Positions 44,333 to 54,511 are shown, numbered from the whole stretch's first letter. The stretch: DNA of 60,338 nt, filler included, from 7 parts of 7 records of this genome joined end to end with filler, not necessarily neighbours in it; one strand, 5' to 3'. Numbers and translations: made by a program. Notes: generated from the sequence alone by a model not told the origin.

Positions 44333-44432
44333 NNNNNNNNNNNNNNNNNNNNNNNNNNNNNNNNNNNNNNNNNNNNTTAATTAATTAANNNNNNNNNNNN
44401 NNNNNNNNNNNNNNNNNNNNNNNNNNNNNNNN
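44333..44432. other. Artificial contig linker
   Basis: N-TTAATTAATTAA-N spacer. Confidence 0.98.
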
Positions 44433-44456
44433 TTTTCTTTGTTTTGTACTATTCAT
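44433..44456 (-). CDS. Start of a gene cut by the contig end (MNSTKQRK)
   Basis: GAAAGGA RBS followed by an ATG and an open frame into the linker. Confidence 0.45.
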
Positions 44457-44750
44457 AATATATGTTCCTTTCAAATTAAATTTCCCGTCGTGAACAGGAG
44501 TTGAACCTTCGTGGAACAACTATTATTATTTAAATTCAGCTTTCGCTAAATGTTACTTTAATTCTAAACATTCCAATCATCATAAAAATAAATTTATTAT
44601 TGATAATAACTATCATACATTAAAAAAGTTTATATCAATAATTATAATGAGGATTGTACTAAAATCAATAATACTATCTTATTCGCAATTCACTTGTCTG
44701 GACTTCATAATCATAATTTATTGCAATCTGAACCTTATTGATTTCCACTT

Positions 44751-45836
44751 TTAAACCGATTCCGTAAAAACATAATCGCATTGTTTACGTATCTTCATAC
44801 TTTTAAAATATTTATTTTCCATCGGAATCCATTCTTGATGAAAGCGTTTTTGCATCACTGGATCATTACGCTTTAGAATCCGTGCCTCCTGAAGTTTTGA
44901 ATCAATAGACAGAAAAACTGAAACATCATATGCATCAGATAGAGTAGGATGCATACAATAAGTACCTTCAATAATATTAAGTGGTTTTGGCTTCACAAGC
45001 ACAGCACTTGATAACATTTGTGTTTTGCAAGAATATGGACGAAAAGAAAAGCTCTCACCATTAATTAAAGGTTTTAGTACCTCCGAATGAAAACGTTCAT
45101 AATCCACATTCCCTCCCGCTTCCGATAAACGTTTTTGGGTACGTTGGTGTGGACGCAAAAAGAAATCATCCATATGAAATACATTACAATTATATACATT
45201 GCTCAGAAAAGTAGCTAACGTTGTTTTTCCTGCACCACAATTTCCGTCAATAGCAACAATGATATTTGCTTTTTTCACAAGCAACTGGTCAATTTGGCAG
45301 AGAAGCGGTACCACCCTGCAATAATCTGCTTTAATCACACGATAAGCAGGCCGATAAATCTGTCTGAATATCTCTGTGTGGTGAACCGCAGGGAATCCAT
45401 TATTTCTGTAATCTTTTATTAGATTCTTAACTTCTAATGGCTCAAAAGGTAATAAGCCAATATTGCACAGTTCTTGGAAATACTCAAGTTTATTCCAGAA
45501 ATTTTGTTTAGTTCCGGGATTATATTGACTCGACAACATAAACAAACGTAATAATGTGCTTGCCGCCATCCCATATTGCCCCATTAATGCAAGATGTACA
45601 CGACTGAAGCTATCCCCAATTGGTTCAATAAAATCTTCTATATTTCTAACTTTAATAAGACTGTCCAGTTCCTGTAAAATCTTATTCAACCCTTGTTTTT
45701 CATCAGAAACGAAATGTCCACAACCAAATTCGCTTTGATATAATACTTTTAATATGTCTCTTGGCTGCAACTCAGGATATTTCTCAATTTGAGATACTAT
45801 TATTTTTTTTACAATAGATTCCGTTTTAGTACTCAT
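44751..45836 (-). CDS. Uncharacterised N-terminal domain fused to a uridine-kinase-like P-loop domain
   Basis: N-part LYQSEFGCGHF and AVHHTEIFRQIYRPAYRV; C-part VAIDGNCGAGKTT, HMDDFF, IIEGTY, WIPMENKYF. GAGGA RBS before ATG 45836. Confidence 0.8.
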   Translation of the reverse strand: MSTKTESIVKKIIVSQIEKYPELQPRDILKVLYQSEFGCGHFVSDEKQGLNKILQELDSLIKVRNIEDFIEPIGDSFSRVHLALMGQYGMAASTLLRLFMLSSQYNPGTKQNFWNKLEYFQELCNIGLLPFEPLEVKNLIKDYRNNGFPAVHHTEIFRQIYRPAYRVIKADYCRVVPLLCQIDQLLVKKANIIVAIDGNCGAGKTTLATFLSNVYNCNVFHMDDFFLRPHQRTQKRLSEAGGNVDYERFHSEVLKPLINGESFSFRPYSCKTQMLSSAVLVKPKPLNIIEGTYCMHPTLSDAYDVSVFLSIDSKLQEARILKRNDPVMQKRFHQEWIPMENKYFKSMKIRKQCDYVFTESV

Positions 45837-46254
45837 GTTCTCTTCCTCAAATAATAAGTATATCAAAAAATAGATGAAAAAGCGAACAATTTAGCATTTA
45901 TTCTTATCCTTCCAACATATTTCCGCATTTTTACGAGGAATTTAGCGTTTACTATCCACTCATCAATATTTTACCATATTTTTGATATATAGTAGTAACT
46001 TTCTTCTGAAAAATCTAAAAACGAACGTGCTGCCCCCTACCCTATAAAACTAATGAAGCTAGAACTACTATTAACTTGTATTTTTCTTAAGCTGAGTTAA
46101 ATATTAATTCTTATCTTCGCTTAATTGTGTATAAACCTTTTCCCAGCAATCTTACTAAAATGTGATTCCTTAACCTCTTTAGTTTAAAGAGTAAAAATAT
46201 ATCTGACGATATAAAAAGTAAATATAATATCGCCTCTATGGCATTCCCGCCATG

Positions 46255-46558
46255 AACAAAGCAGTAAAAATCCGGTCAAAACCAGTGAAGTAATCTGTGA
46301 TGTTTTATATACGGGATTTTTCCTGCTATCTGTTACATGTTTAATTTGCTTGTCATTATGGTAGATATTCTTAATATATTTTATCAGCTTTACAAAGTAA
46401 TTATCTCTTGAATTCATTGGTCAATTATATCAATTCTAAATTTTTCATTCAAACCTGCGAATTTGAAACATCTAAAAACATACAAAAAAGTGGCTGTTAT
46501 GCCACTTTCAAAGTGCAGAACCGAAATCGCTCCCATTTCAAGAATAATTTCTGCAGCC
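46255..46558 (-). mobile_element. IS remnant: one end plus truncated transposase N-terminus
   Basis: RDNYFVKLIKYIKNIYH..VTDSRKNPVYKTSQITSLVLTGFLL resembles the start of clostridial DDE transposases and then degenerates. GGCTGCAGAAATTATT abuts the epimerase stop codon. Confidence 0.6.
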
Positions 46559-47538
46559 TATATTTTCTTAACGATATATTTTACAGTTCCCGATTTTCTA
46601 CCACCGGGGTTAACAACTTGTAAACCAGACTCACTTATGAATCCCTTATTATACATATTGTGTGCGTCAGTTGAGCATGTTTGGTTTTCTATGCAAAAAA
46701 AGTCACTGTTTTTAGGGGAATAAAAAACAATATGTGAAAAATCAGGGGTTGCTTCAAGGCAAAGCTCTATTCCCTGCTTTTTATAATATACAGTAGCGCC
46801 ATTTTCTTTTGTTAAACCTGTGAAAACATCATCTAAGTCAATATCCCCTATGGCTCTGATTTCGTTCAAATCATATTTTGTGTTTTTTACGTCAATTAGT
46901 CTCCCAGTCGGTAAAAGGTCATTTGTATTTTCCATAATATATTCAGCACACACTTTTGTATATGTATCTTCATCACCTGATAGCTTTTGAAAAAACGGGT
47001 GAAGCCCAAAGCCAAAGGGGATTTCCTTTGTATCATTGTTTTCCACAGTGTAAGTAATCTCAATACCAATCTTACTAAGCTTAAATTCCAATATGAGTTT
47101 ATGCTCAAAAGGAAAGGATTTAAAAAATTCTTTTTCGGAATCAAACTCCAGCCAAGCAATAAACGAGGCACCATTATTCGTTGATTTCAATTCTCCAAAA
47201 TCCCACTGTTCATCCTGTACAAGCCCATGGAGTAAAACAGGTTTTCCATTTTTAATCTGCTTAAATATGCACCCCTTATATTCGAATTCTGCATCCCTAA
47301 CACGGTTAGGAGTCGGATATAATACTGGTGTTCCGGGATATCCTGTTTGCATTAGCGCTTTAACATCAGTTTCTATAATATTATTCTCGCCTACTGAAAG
47401 GCCAAACAAATTGCAGCCACAGCTCGGAGCTATCTTTGCTGTCAAATCTTTTTCAGAATTATCGCTTTTATAACTTAACAGGACATATTCAAGCCCTTCC
47501 TGTGTTTTGACTTGTGCATTAAATTTTTTATTTTTCAT
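46558..47538 (-). CDS. Aldose 1-epimerase (galactose mutarotase-like)
   Basis: PVLYPTPNRV, LHGLV, FGLHPFF, LDDVF, FCIENQT. Confidence 0.9.
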   Translation of the reverse strand: MKNKKFNAQVKTQEGLEYVLLSYKSDNSEKDLTAKIAPSCGCNLFGLSVGENNIIETDVKALMQTGYPGTPVLYPTPNRVRDAEFEYKGCIFKQIKNGKPVLLHGLVQDEQWDFGELKSTNNGASFIAWLEFDSEKEFFKSFPFEHKLILEFKLSKIGIEITYTVENNDTKEIPFGFGLHPFFQKLSGDEDTYTKVCAEYIMENTNDLLPTGRLIDVKNTKYDLNEIRAIGDIDLDDVFTGLTKENGATVYYKKQGIELCLEATPDFSHIVFYSPKNSDFFCIENQTCSTDAHNMYNKGFISESGLQVVNPGGRKSGTVKYIVKKI

Positions 47539-47566
47539 ATCATTTGCTCCAACAATTTATAAAAAT

Positions 47567-48415
47567 CTAATTAGTTTTATTGCTTTTAAATATATATTCA
47601 CCAATTCTAACATTAAGAATTGATGCCACTAAATCACATTTAGCTTTAAGCAAAAAGAAAATTTCCCTTTTTGTTTCCGACAGAGATTCAAAGTTGCCCT
47701 GTCCCTTGCTGATAATTATATCAGAATCGTTAAAATGATTTAAGAACTCTTTACTGCATTGATTCAAAATAGTGCCAGGCGCATCGCATCCGCTTGATAT
47801 TACATTTGCAATTTTATTTATGCCTACTTTCCTCGCCTCTTTCACCGTAACATCGTTTATAATTTCTTGGCTTCTTACTGCATATGTTATTTGCTGGTCT
47901 GGTAAATGCTCAATAAGAATTTTGTCAAAAACCGATTCTCCGGCATTGTCACCTATAACTAGAATGCTCTTTGCTTGCTTTAGCTTTTCAATAAAGATAT
48001 TCGTATCATTTATTGCAAATTCTAAATATATATCCGATTTCATAGAATCATCAATATTTATGCTGCTGTACATTGCCGCATCCATCACATTGCCGATGGC
48101 AGCCACTTTTAACGCCCTTTCAATACTGCCCTCACCCTCAACATACTTTCTAATGTGAGGATAAAGTTTAAGCGCAGAATTTATATTTTTAGTTTTAACT
48201 TCATGATATATATCTTTTTTACATGAAATTTTTTTAATATACCGATGTACATCCCTGCATATTTCAGGGGCAGTCATATAATTTTTATGATTTTCCAGTA
48301 TAACAAGTGTTTCCTCTATTATTTTCTCCTGCAAAGCTAAATCATCTGTTGCCATTTTAGATGCTTCTACTGCCTGACGCAAAATGCATGGCAGACACTC
48401 AAAATAAATTTTCAT
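47567..48415 (-). CDS. DUF89 / ARMT1-like damage-control phosphatase
   Basis: ECLPC, AIGNVMD, GDNAGESVFD, INDVT, ISKGQGNFESL, LLKAKC. Confidence 0.92.
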   Translation of the reverse strand: MKIYFECLPCILRQAVEASKMATDDLALQEKIIEETLVILENHKNYMTAPEICRDVHRYIKKISCKKDIYHEVKTKNINSALKLYPHIRKYVEGEGSIERALKVAAIGNVMDAAMYSSINIDDSMKSDIYLEFAINDTNIFIEKLKQAKSILVIGDNAGESVFDKILIEHLPDQQITYAVRSQEIINDVTVKEARKVGINKIANVISSGCDAPGTILNQCSKEFLNHFNDSDIIISKGQGNFESLSETKREIFFLLKAKCDLVASILNVRIGEYIFKSNKTN

Positions 48416-48449
48416 CTATCCTCCTTTTGCTGATTTCAAAAAACAGTAT

Positions 48450-49650
48450 CTATAGCTTAGAAACTTTTTTATATTTCAAGCTAATTGTATAAAAAATTAT
48501 CCCCAAAACAACAAACCCCAGCCCGACAATTGCTAACAGCTTTGTTCCATGGCTTTCCAAGATAAGCCCACCTGCTGTACTTCCAACCACCTGAGTCAGT
48601 GTAAAAACTACAGAAGAAGCTATTAATTGCGCCGTGTTTTTGCTGTTTTCTGGGCTTGTTTTATATACATAATATAGCATTCCGGCAATAAGCAGGCTAT
48701 ATACTGGCGCACCAAGTATATTTGCTACAAATACCTGAACAGGCGAATTGATGTTTAAAATTAGCATTAAGCGAATAATAGCAAATGCTGATGCAAACAT
48801 CATTATTTTTCGCGGCTATGTTTTTTATTAAAATATTGGTGCTTAGAAATATCGGGACTTCCACAAGAGCTCTGATTGAAGATGAAATCCCTACCATGTT
48901 CATTTTCCCACCGCTGTCCTGCAAAATAATCGGAAAGAAATAATTTAGAGCATTTTCCGGAATCATAATAAATGATGCAAATAAAACAATTACAATAAAG
49001 CCCAAACTAAATATTGATTTGTCAAGTTTTACAATGCGCCTGCTGTGTTCAGCAATATCTTTTTTTGGCACACTCACTATAGGGAGAATAAGCCAGACTA
49101 GCAGAAATAAAATAATTCCTTGAAAATAAAAAAGAATTTCCAGACCGTATTTTTCTGAAAAGCCTCCCAATATTGCAGTCGCTATCGCAAACCCGATAGA
49201 ACCCCAGCAGCGGATAGAACCATATTTAATTTTACCATCTGATATATGACTTTGCTGTACAATATAGTTATCTATAAGTGTCATTACAGGAGCGATAGCA
49301 ATTGCCCGAATCAAAAAAATAATTATTATCGCCACGATATTTTGAACCGCTCCCATCAAAAGACTTGAAACTGCTGCAATAAAGACAGTTATAAGCATAA
49401 CTTTTTTTACTCCTACCCTGCCATCGGACAAGATTCCCCACATTGGCTGCGAAATTATTGATAAAATAGCCCCCAAAGAAATCAGTAAGCCAATAATAGG
49501 AGTTGAAAATCCAATTTCCTTCAAATAAACCGCCGTATATGGAAAAGAAGCCATAGATGTCCACATCATAAAGCTTAATATTGACATCTTAACAAATTCT
49601 TTTCTATCACTTCCCAGTTCAAACAAATTCTTCATACAGTATCCAATCAT
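48450..49650 (-). CDS. MFS transporter (MFS_1-like), one-base frameshift near 48806
   Basis: QPMWGILSD, YGSIRCWGSIGFA, EVPIF. Two overlapping ORFs are joined at an A run. Confidence 0.85.
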
Positions 49651-49739
49651 ACCTAATCATAAAATATTAGGGAAAGAAAACTTCTTTCCCATTTTAAATA
49701 CACAATAATACTCACTGCTACAATAGCTTTTTATCTTTT

Positions 49740-50058
49740 TTATCGATGTCCTTCATACTGATCTCTAACTGAATTCACCAATCCATCTCTGTAAAAGCCG
49801 ATTCTTTTTTTATTTCAGTGAAATCAATAGTGCCTTCATTTAGAAACTTAATTGCCGTTTCAAAACTTGGTATACCGGCTCGGCCACCCAGACACGTACA
49901 CTGAATCGCCGATACAGCGCTTGAAAACTCAGCGCATTTTCTAGCATCCCATCCTTCCAGCATTCCTCGGATAAATGCACCATGGAACACGTCACCGGCT
50001 CCTGTGGTGTCAACGATTTCCACGCCTTTAAACGCAGGTATCTCGAAATAATTATCCC
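49740..50058 (-). CDS. PfkB family carbohydrate kinase, C-terminal part
   Basis: VDTTGAGDVFHGAF signature. As sequenced the stop is at 49775; one extra A in the A7 run extends it to 49740. Confidence 0.88.
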
Positions 50059-50158
50059 NNNNNNNNNNNNNNNNNNNNNNNNNNNNNNNNNNNNNNNNNN
50101 NNTTAATTAATTAANNNNNNNNNNNNNNNNNNNNNNNNNNNNNNNNNNNNNNNNNNNN
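50059..50158. other. Artificial contig linker
   Basis: N-TTAATTAATTAA-N spacer. Confidence 0.98.
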
Positions 50159-50311
50159 TTTTTCTACTTTTATACAACGGATAAAGAAATTAAAAATTAC
50201 CAGATGGATAACATATTTTATAAAGAAACGTTATTTTAAAAGTAACAAAAAGATCCTATTAATAAGTTATTCCAGCTATACCTTCAGTAAAGAATTATAA
50301 ATAATCAAAAT

Positions 50312-50968
50312 ATGAAAACGAATAAATTTGCCCTTTTGGTTGCCTTGTTTGCTTTGTTAGCATCCGGTTGTGTTTCTAAAAAGAAATATCTGGACATGGA
50401 ATCTTCCAAACTTAGGGCTGACAAACGAGTTCGCGAGCTTACAAATGAAAATAACGACAAGGCTGATCGGATTAAAACAATGATTGCAGATTTTGAACTA
50501 ATGAAGCAGGGTTTGTTAGCAAACAATTCTGAAAAAGATCAGATGATTACAAAACTAACCGGGCAAATAAATGATTTGGAATCGAATGTGGAAGAAAAAG
50601 ATGCCAGTTTGGAAGAAAAGTTATACGCTTTTGAATATGAAAAAAGAAGGATGAACGAGGATTTTGAAAACTGCAAATTGAAAGTAGAATCGCTTACAAA
50701 TGAGAATAAAAATCTATTGGCAAGTTTGAATAATGCGAAGGAAGATCTATCCGAATTGCAATTTGATTTACAGCGTAAAAAAGATGAAGCCAAAAGCATT
50801 GAAGGGCAAATGAAGGTTAAAGACCAAAAGATGGAAGAATTAGCAGCTACACTAGCTAAATTGAAAGGGGATGTTCAGAAGTTAAAGGTTGAAATGCAAA
50901 CCAAAGATGAAACCATTGAACGACTTAAAAACAATGTTAGTTTGTTGAAGAATGAGATTGGTAAATAA
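50312..50968 (+). CDS. Coiled-coil lipoprotein
   Basis: LASGC lipobox then VSKKKY; the rest is heptad-rich. Confidence 0.8.
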   Translation: MKTNKFALLVALFALLASGCVSKKKYLDMESSKLRADKRVRELTNENNDKADRIKTMIADFELMKQGLLANNSEKDQMITKLTGQINDLESNVEEKDASLEEKLYAFEYEKRRMNEDFENCKLKVESLTNENKNLLASLNNAKEDLSELQFDLQRKKDEAKSIEGQMKVKDQKMEELAATLAKLKGDVQKLKVEMQTKDETIERLKNNVSLLKNEIGK

Positions 50969-51100
50969 ATACTGAACCATTAAAAGTCGATATTCAAATG
51001 AAACGAACATGAATTTTAACTTTTTAAATTACAGGCACGAGAATGCTTAAATTCTCTGTGAGTTACATGCGGTGCTTTTGAAAACAAACAATTTAATCTG

Positions 51101-51694
51101 ATGAGATTTGCAATCATTTTATTGATGATTCTAGTAACACCCCGGTGCTTTGGACAAAACAAACAATCACTTTTTAATGGGAAGAATTTGGATGGTTGGA
51201 ATATACATGGCACTGAAAAATGGTATGTAGCAGAAGGGATTCTGATTTGTGAGAGTGGATCAGATGCAGCTTATGGCTATTTATCTACTGAGAAATGGTA
51301 TGACGATTTTGTTTTAGAACTCGAATTTAGACAAGAAGCAGATGGTAACTCTGGCGTGTTTTTTCGTTCCACTTTTGAAGATACTAAAGTATCTGGCTGG
51401 CAGGTTGAAGTTGCCCCGCCAAATCATGATACTGGAGGTATTTATGAGTCATATGGTCGTGGGTGGTTATATCAAATTCCAGATGAATTGGAAGGCTATC
51501 TAAAAATGGGGGAGTGGAATAAAATGAAAATTTGCATAGACGGAAGTCAAGTTACAACCTGGCTAAACGGGCACAAAATGTGCGAATTTCATGATGGCAA
51601 GATTGGAAAAGGGAAAGGCAGTATTGCCCTCCAAATCCATGATGGCGGTGGAATAAAAGTTAGTTGGCGAAATATTGTTATAAAGGAACTCTAG
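51101..51694 (+). CDS. DUF1080 (3-keto-glycoside hydrolase-like) protein
   Basis: SLFNGKNLDGW, NSGVFFR, TGGIY, GEWN, IALQIH, WRNI. Confidence 0.92.
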   Translation: MRFAIILLMILVTPRCFGQNKQSLFNGKNLDGWNIHGTEKWYVAEGILICESGSDAAYGYLSTEKWYDDFVLELEFRQEADGNSGVFFRSTFEDTKVSGWQVEVAPPNHDTGGIYESYGRGWLYQIPDELEGYLKMGEWNKMKICIDGSQVTTWLNGHKMCEFHDGKIGKGKGSIALQIHDGGGIKVSWRNIVIKEL

Positions 51695-53025
51695 CCCAAT
51701 GAAGGCAGGTTCATGCCATTAATTTTCCGAAACAAATCAAGCGCATATAAATCAGTCATTCCTGAAACGAAATCAATAACCGATTGCACTTTCTCATAAG
51801 TGCTTTTGTGTTCACCCTGAAATTGCATTGGCATCATGGAAAGCAGCCTTTTAGAGAGCCCTTCTTTTGGGGAAATAACTGCCTGTATGAAGGTTTCGAG
51901 CAGGGTGCCAATGATTTGATATCCTGATATTTCAATTTCCACAACTGATGGGTGTCTATAAATTTCCTTGATCGACAAATCTTTGATTTCCTGCATGGCT
52001 TTTTTATTTGTTCCGGATAGCTGATCAATCAATGATTTTTGGAAAGTACCATCAAAAATATTGTTCTGCTTTTTTTCGAAGATCTGAACACACTCGTGCA
52101 CCAGTTTATTGATAACGCCTGCTCTTAAATAAGATATACGTTCATTTGGATCAGTGACGACTTTGAAAGTATTTTCAATTTTCTTAATGGAAGATTTATC
52201 TGCAACAGGATCATAAAAGTTTAGATAGAGTTGTTTTGTTCTCTCATAATCCAGGATTTTCAATTTGTTAGCATCTTCTAAATCCATGATTTGATAGCAA
52301 ATATCATCAGCAGCTTCTACAAGGAAGACCAATGGGTGGCGTATGAATTTTTTTGGATCGTTTGAAGTTTGTAAAATTCCAAGTTCATCAGCAATGTCTT
52401 GATAGATTTCTTTTTCAGATTGAAAGAACCCGAATTTTGATTTGCTAATTCCAATCGATTCGTATGGATATTTTACAATAGATGCCAAGGTGGTGTAAGT
52501 GAGTGCAAAACCACCTTTACGGCGGCCATTAAACTGATGACTCAAAACCCTTAGAGCATTTGCATTCCCATCAAAAAATTCAAAATCACTCCATTCACGT
52601 TCACTTAAACCAGCTTTTAATTGCTGTCCTTTTCCTTTTTTAAAATAATTAGATATGGCTTCCTCTCCGGCATGTCCAAATGGAGGATTTCCCAAATCAT
52701 GCGCAAGACATGCTGCCGAAACAACAGCTCCAATTTCATAAAATAATGGGTTATTCTCTCCAGAAGCAATCAATTTCTCAGAGAATATATTCCCCAATGA
52801 ACGTCCAACACTGGCAACTTCAAGACTATGAGTAAGTCTGTTGTGAACAAAAATGCTTCCAGGTAAAGGAAATACCTGAGTTTTATTTTGCATTCGTCGA
52901 AAAGGAGATGAAAATATAATGCGGTCGTAATCTCGCTGAAACTGAGTTCTGCTTACAGCATCTGTTTCTTTTCCTGATGATTCCGATCCTAGTCGTCTGG
53001 TTGATATAAGCTTGTTCCAATTCAT
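51691..53025 (-). CDS. dgt: dGTP triphosphohydrolase
   Basis: FQRDYDRIIFS, KTQVFP, HNRLTHSLEV, HDLGNPPFGHAGE, EAADDICY, SGMTD. Confidence 0.95.
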   Translation of the reverse strand: MNWNKLISTRRLGSESSGKETDAVSRTQFQRDYDRIIFSSPFRRMQNKTQVFPLPGSIFVHNRLTHSLEVASVGRSLGNIFSEKLIASGENNPLFYEIGAVVSAACLAHDLGNPPFGHAGEEAISNYFKKGKGQQLKAGLSEREWSDFEFFDGNANALRVLSHQFNGRRKGGFALTYTTLASIVKYPYESIGISKSKFGFFQSEKEIYQDIADELGILQTSNDPKKFIRHPLVFLVEAADDICYQIMDLEDANKLKILDYERTKQLYLNFYDPVADKSSIKKIENTFKVVTDPNERISYLRAGVINKLVHECVQIFEKKQNNIFDGTFQKSLIDQLSGTNKKAMQEIKDLSIKEIYRHPSVVEIEISGYQIIGTLLETFIQAVISPKEGLSKRLLSMMPMQFQGEHKSTYEKVQSVIDFVSGMTDLYALDLFRKINGMNLPSLG

Positions 53026-53044
53026 TGTTTGCTAAAATAGTTTA

Positions 53045-53758
53045 TTAAAACAGATCGACCTGATAGTTTTTTAATTCTTTATTAAATGATTTTGCTCCAG
53101 GGTATATTCTCTCCAGATAATCCCAAAACTCACGGCTATGATTTTTTATTTGGGTATGTACTAATTCATGCAGCAAAACATAGTCAATTAAATGATCAGG
53201 TAAACGCATGAGGTGAATATTTAGGTTAATGTTGTTAACATATGAGCAACTTCCCCAGCGTGTTTTCACATGTTTTACAAATACTTTTTGAAAACTCAAA
53301 TTATGCATAGAAGCTAGTTCTGATAATCGTTTGGGTAAATAAATTGTTGCTTCATGGCGCATGAGATTAACAATGATTTTGCGGATAAAAGATTGAATCT
53401 CCGGTTGTTGTATGTTGAAGGCTGAAGGGATATTCACTTGGAATACACCATTTCCAATATGATTAGTGAGTTTATTTTGGTCTGTAACTACAACCTTTAG
53501 TTTATGAAATTTGGTCTGAAAATTGGATTCAGGAGTAAATACAGTTAAACCTGCGTTTATCTTTTTTTGTTGTTGATGTATCCAATCCAATTTAGATTTT
53601 ATAAATTGAAGGGCTTTCTTCTCGGAAGTAAATACTGGCATGGTAACTTGTGCCTGCCCATTCGGGTTAACCCGAAGGCGTATATGTCGGGAACGATTGT
53701 TTTTTAACAATTTCACTTCCCCAATAGGTTCTACCAGTACAGTTTTTTCAGAGTTCAT
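53045..53758 (-). CDS. YgjP/DUF45 (SprT-like) metal-dependent hydrolase
   Basis: TRWGSCS, YVLLHELVH, NHSREFW. Confidence 0.9.
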   Translation of the reverse strand: MNSEKTVLVEPIGEVKLLKNNRSRHIRLRVNPNGQAQVTMPVFTSEKKALQFIKSKLDWIHQQQKKINAGLTVFTPESNFQTKFHKLKVVVTDQNKLTNHIGNGVFQVNIPSAFNIQQPEIQSFIRKIIVNLMRHEATIYLPKRLSELASMHNLSFQKVFVKHVKTRWGSCSYVNNINLNIHLMRLPDHLIDYVLLHELVHTQIKNHSREFWDYLERIYPGAKSFNKELKNYQVDLF

Positions 53759-53803
53759 ATATAGAATTGATTAACGAAGATAATAATACAAAAAAATATA
53801 ATT

Positions 53804-54511
53804 ATGAAGCCAAACAACAACATTGAAGTATTCGGTACTATTACCAAAAAGGAACCAGTTTTTACCATCGACCAAAAAATTAAGCCAGGCTCTCTGGTAT
53901 TTGAAGCATTAAAACCATTTCCAGGTTATTACCATGAAATGCCATTTAATAATACGAAGCCACTTTACATGTATCTTGTTCTTCAGGAACATTATCCTCT
54001 AGAGGAAATTATTCGTGCAACAGAGAAGGTTGAAAAGGAATTCGACGAAAAATTTGATGCAGGAAAAGGATTCTTGAAAATATATGATCATTTGTATTAT
54101 GTATTGCGTGTCAGACATTTGAATAATTACGATCAGGTGGGGAAGTTGCAGGAAGTGTATGAGAATAATGGATTGAAATTCATTGATAAGCAGAAGAAAA
54201 GCTATGAAGATGCTGCTCAGATAAAAGTGGTGAAATTTTTTAATATGCATGAAATTGATGAAGGAATATACATTGATAATAAAGAAGAATTTCATGCTTA
54301 CATTGAGATTCCGAACCATTATGATTGGGATTCTTTTATTGAATTAACAAACCGGGTAAAATACAATTGGGACGAAAGTAAATTTGATGCAGCAGCAGGA
54401 TCATTTTACCTTAATGGAAAAATGCATGAAGTTGCCCGTATTTATTCGAATAAAATTGATTTGGAATACCTGCAAAAACTACGTAAGCTATATCTTGAAA
54501 AAATCAAATAG
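53804..54511 (+). CDS. Conserved hypothetical protein with internal duplication
   Basis: 235-aa ORF; GTITKKE and PFPGYY, then two KFDA-containing halves. Confidence 0.75.
   Translation: MKPNNNIEVFGTITKKEPVFTIDQKIKPGSLVFEALKPFPGYYHEMPFNNTKPLYMYLVLQEHYPLEEIIRATEKVEKEFDEKFDAGKGFLKIYDHLYYVLRVRHLNNYDQVGKLQEVYENNGLKFIDKQKKSYEDAAQIKVVKFFNMHEIDEGIYIDNKEEFHAYIEIPNHYDWDSFIELTNRVKYNWDESKFDAAAGSFYLNGKMHEVARIYSNKIDLEYLQKLRKLYLEKIK

Noticed and set aside
43555-44388. 277-aa plus-strand ORF
   Set aside because: Antisense shadow of aspS.
44482-44517. tRNA gene
   Set aside because: Only a T-arm-like hairpin; no D-arm, anticodon arm or acceptor stem.
13751-50158. Recurrent TTAATTAATTAA as a biological repeat or att site
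   Set aside because: Always centred in 100-nt N blocks; it is a six-frame stop linker.
51691-53025. dGTPase as an anti-phage defence system
   Set aside because: Looks like the ordinary housekeeping Dgt, with no defence or mobile genes nearby.
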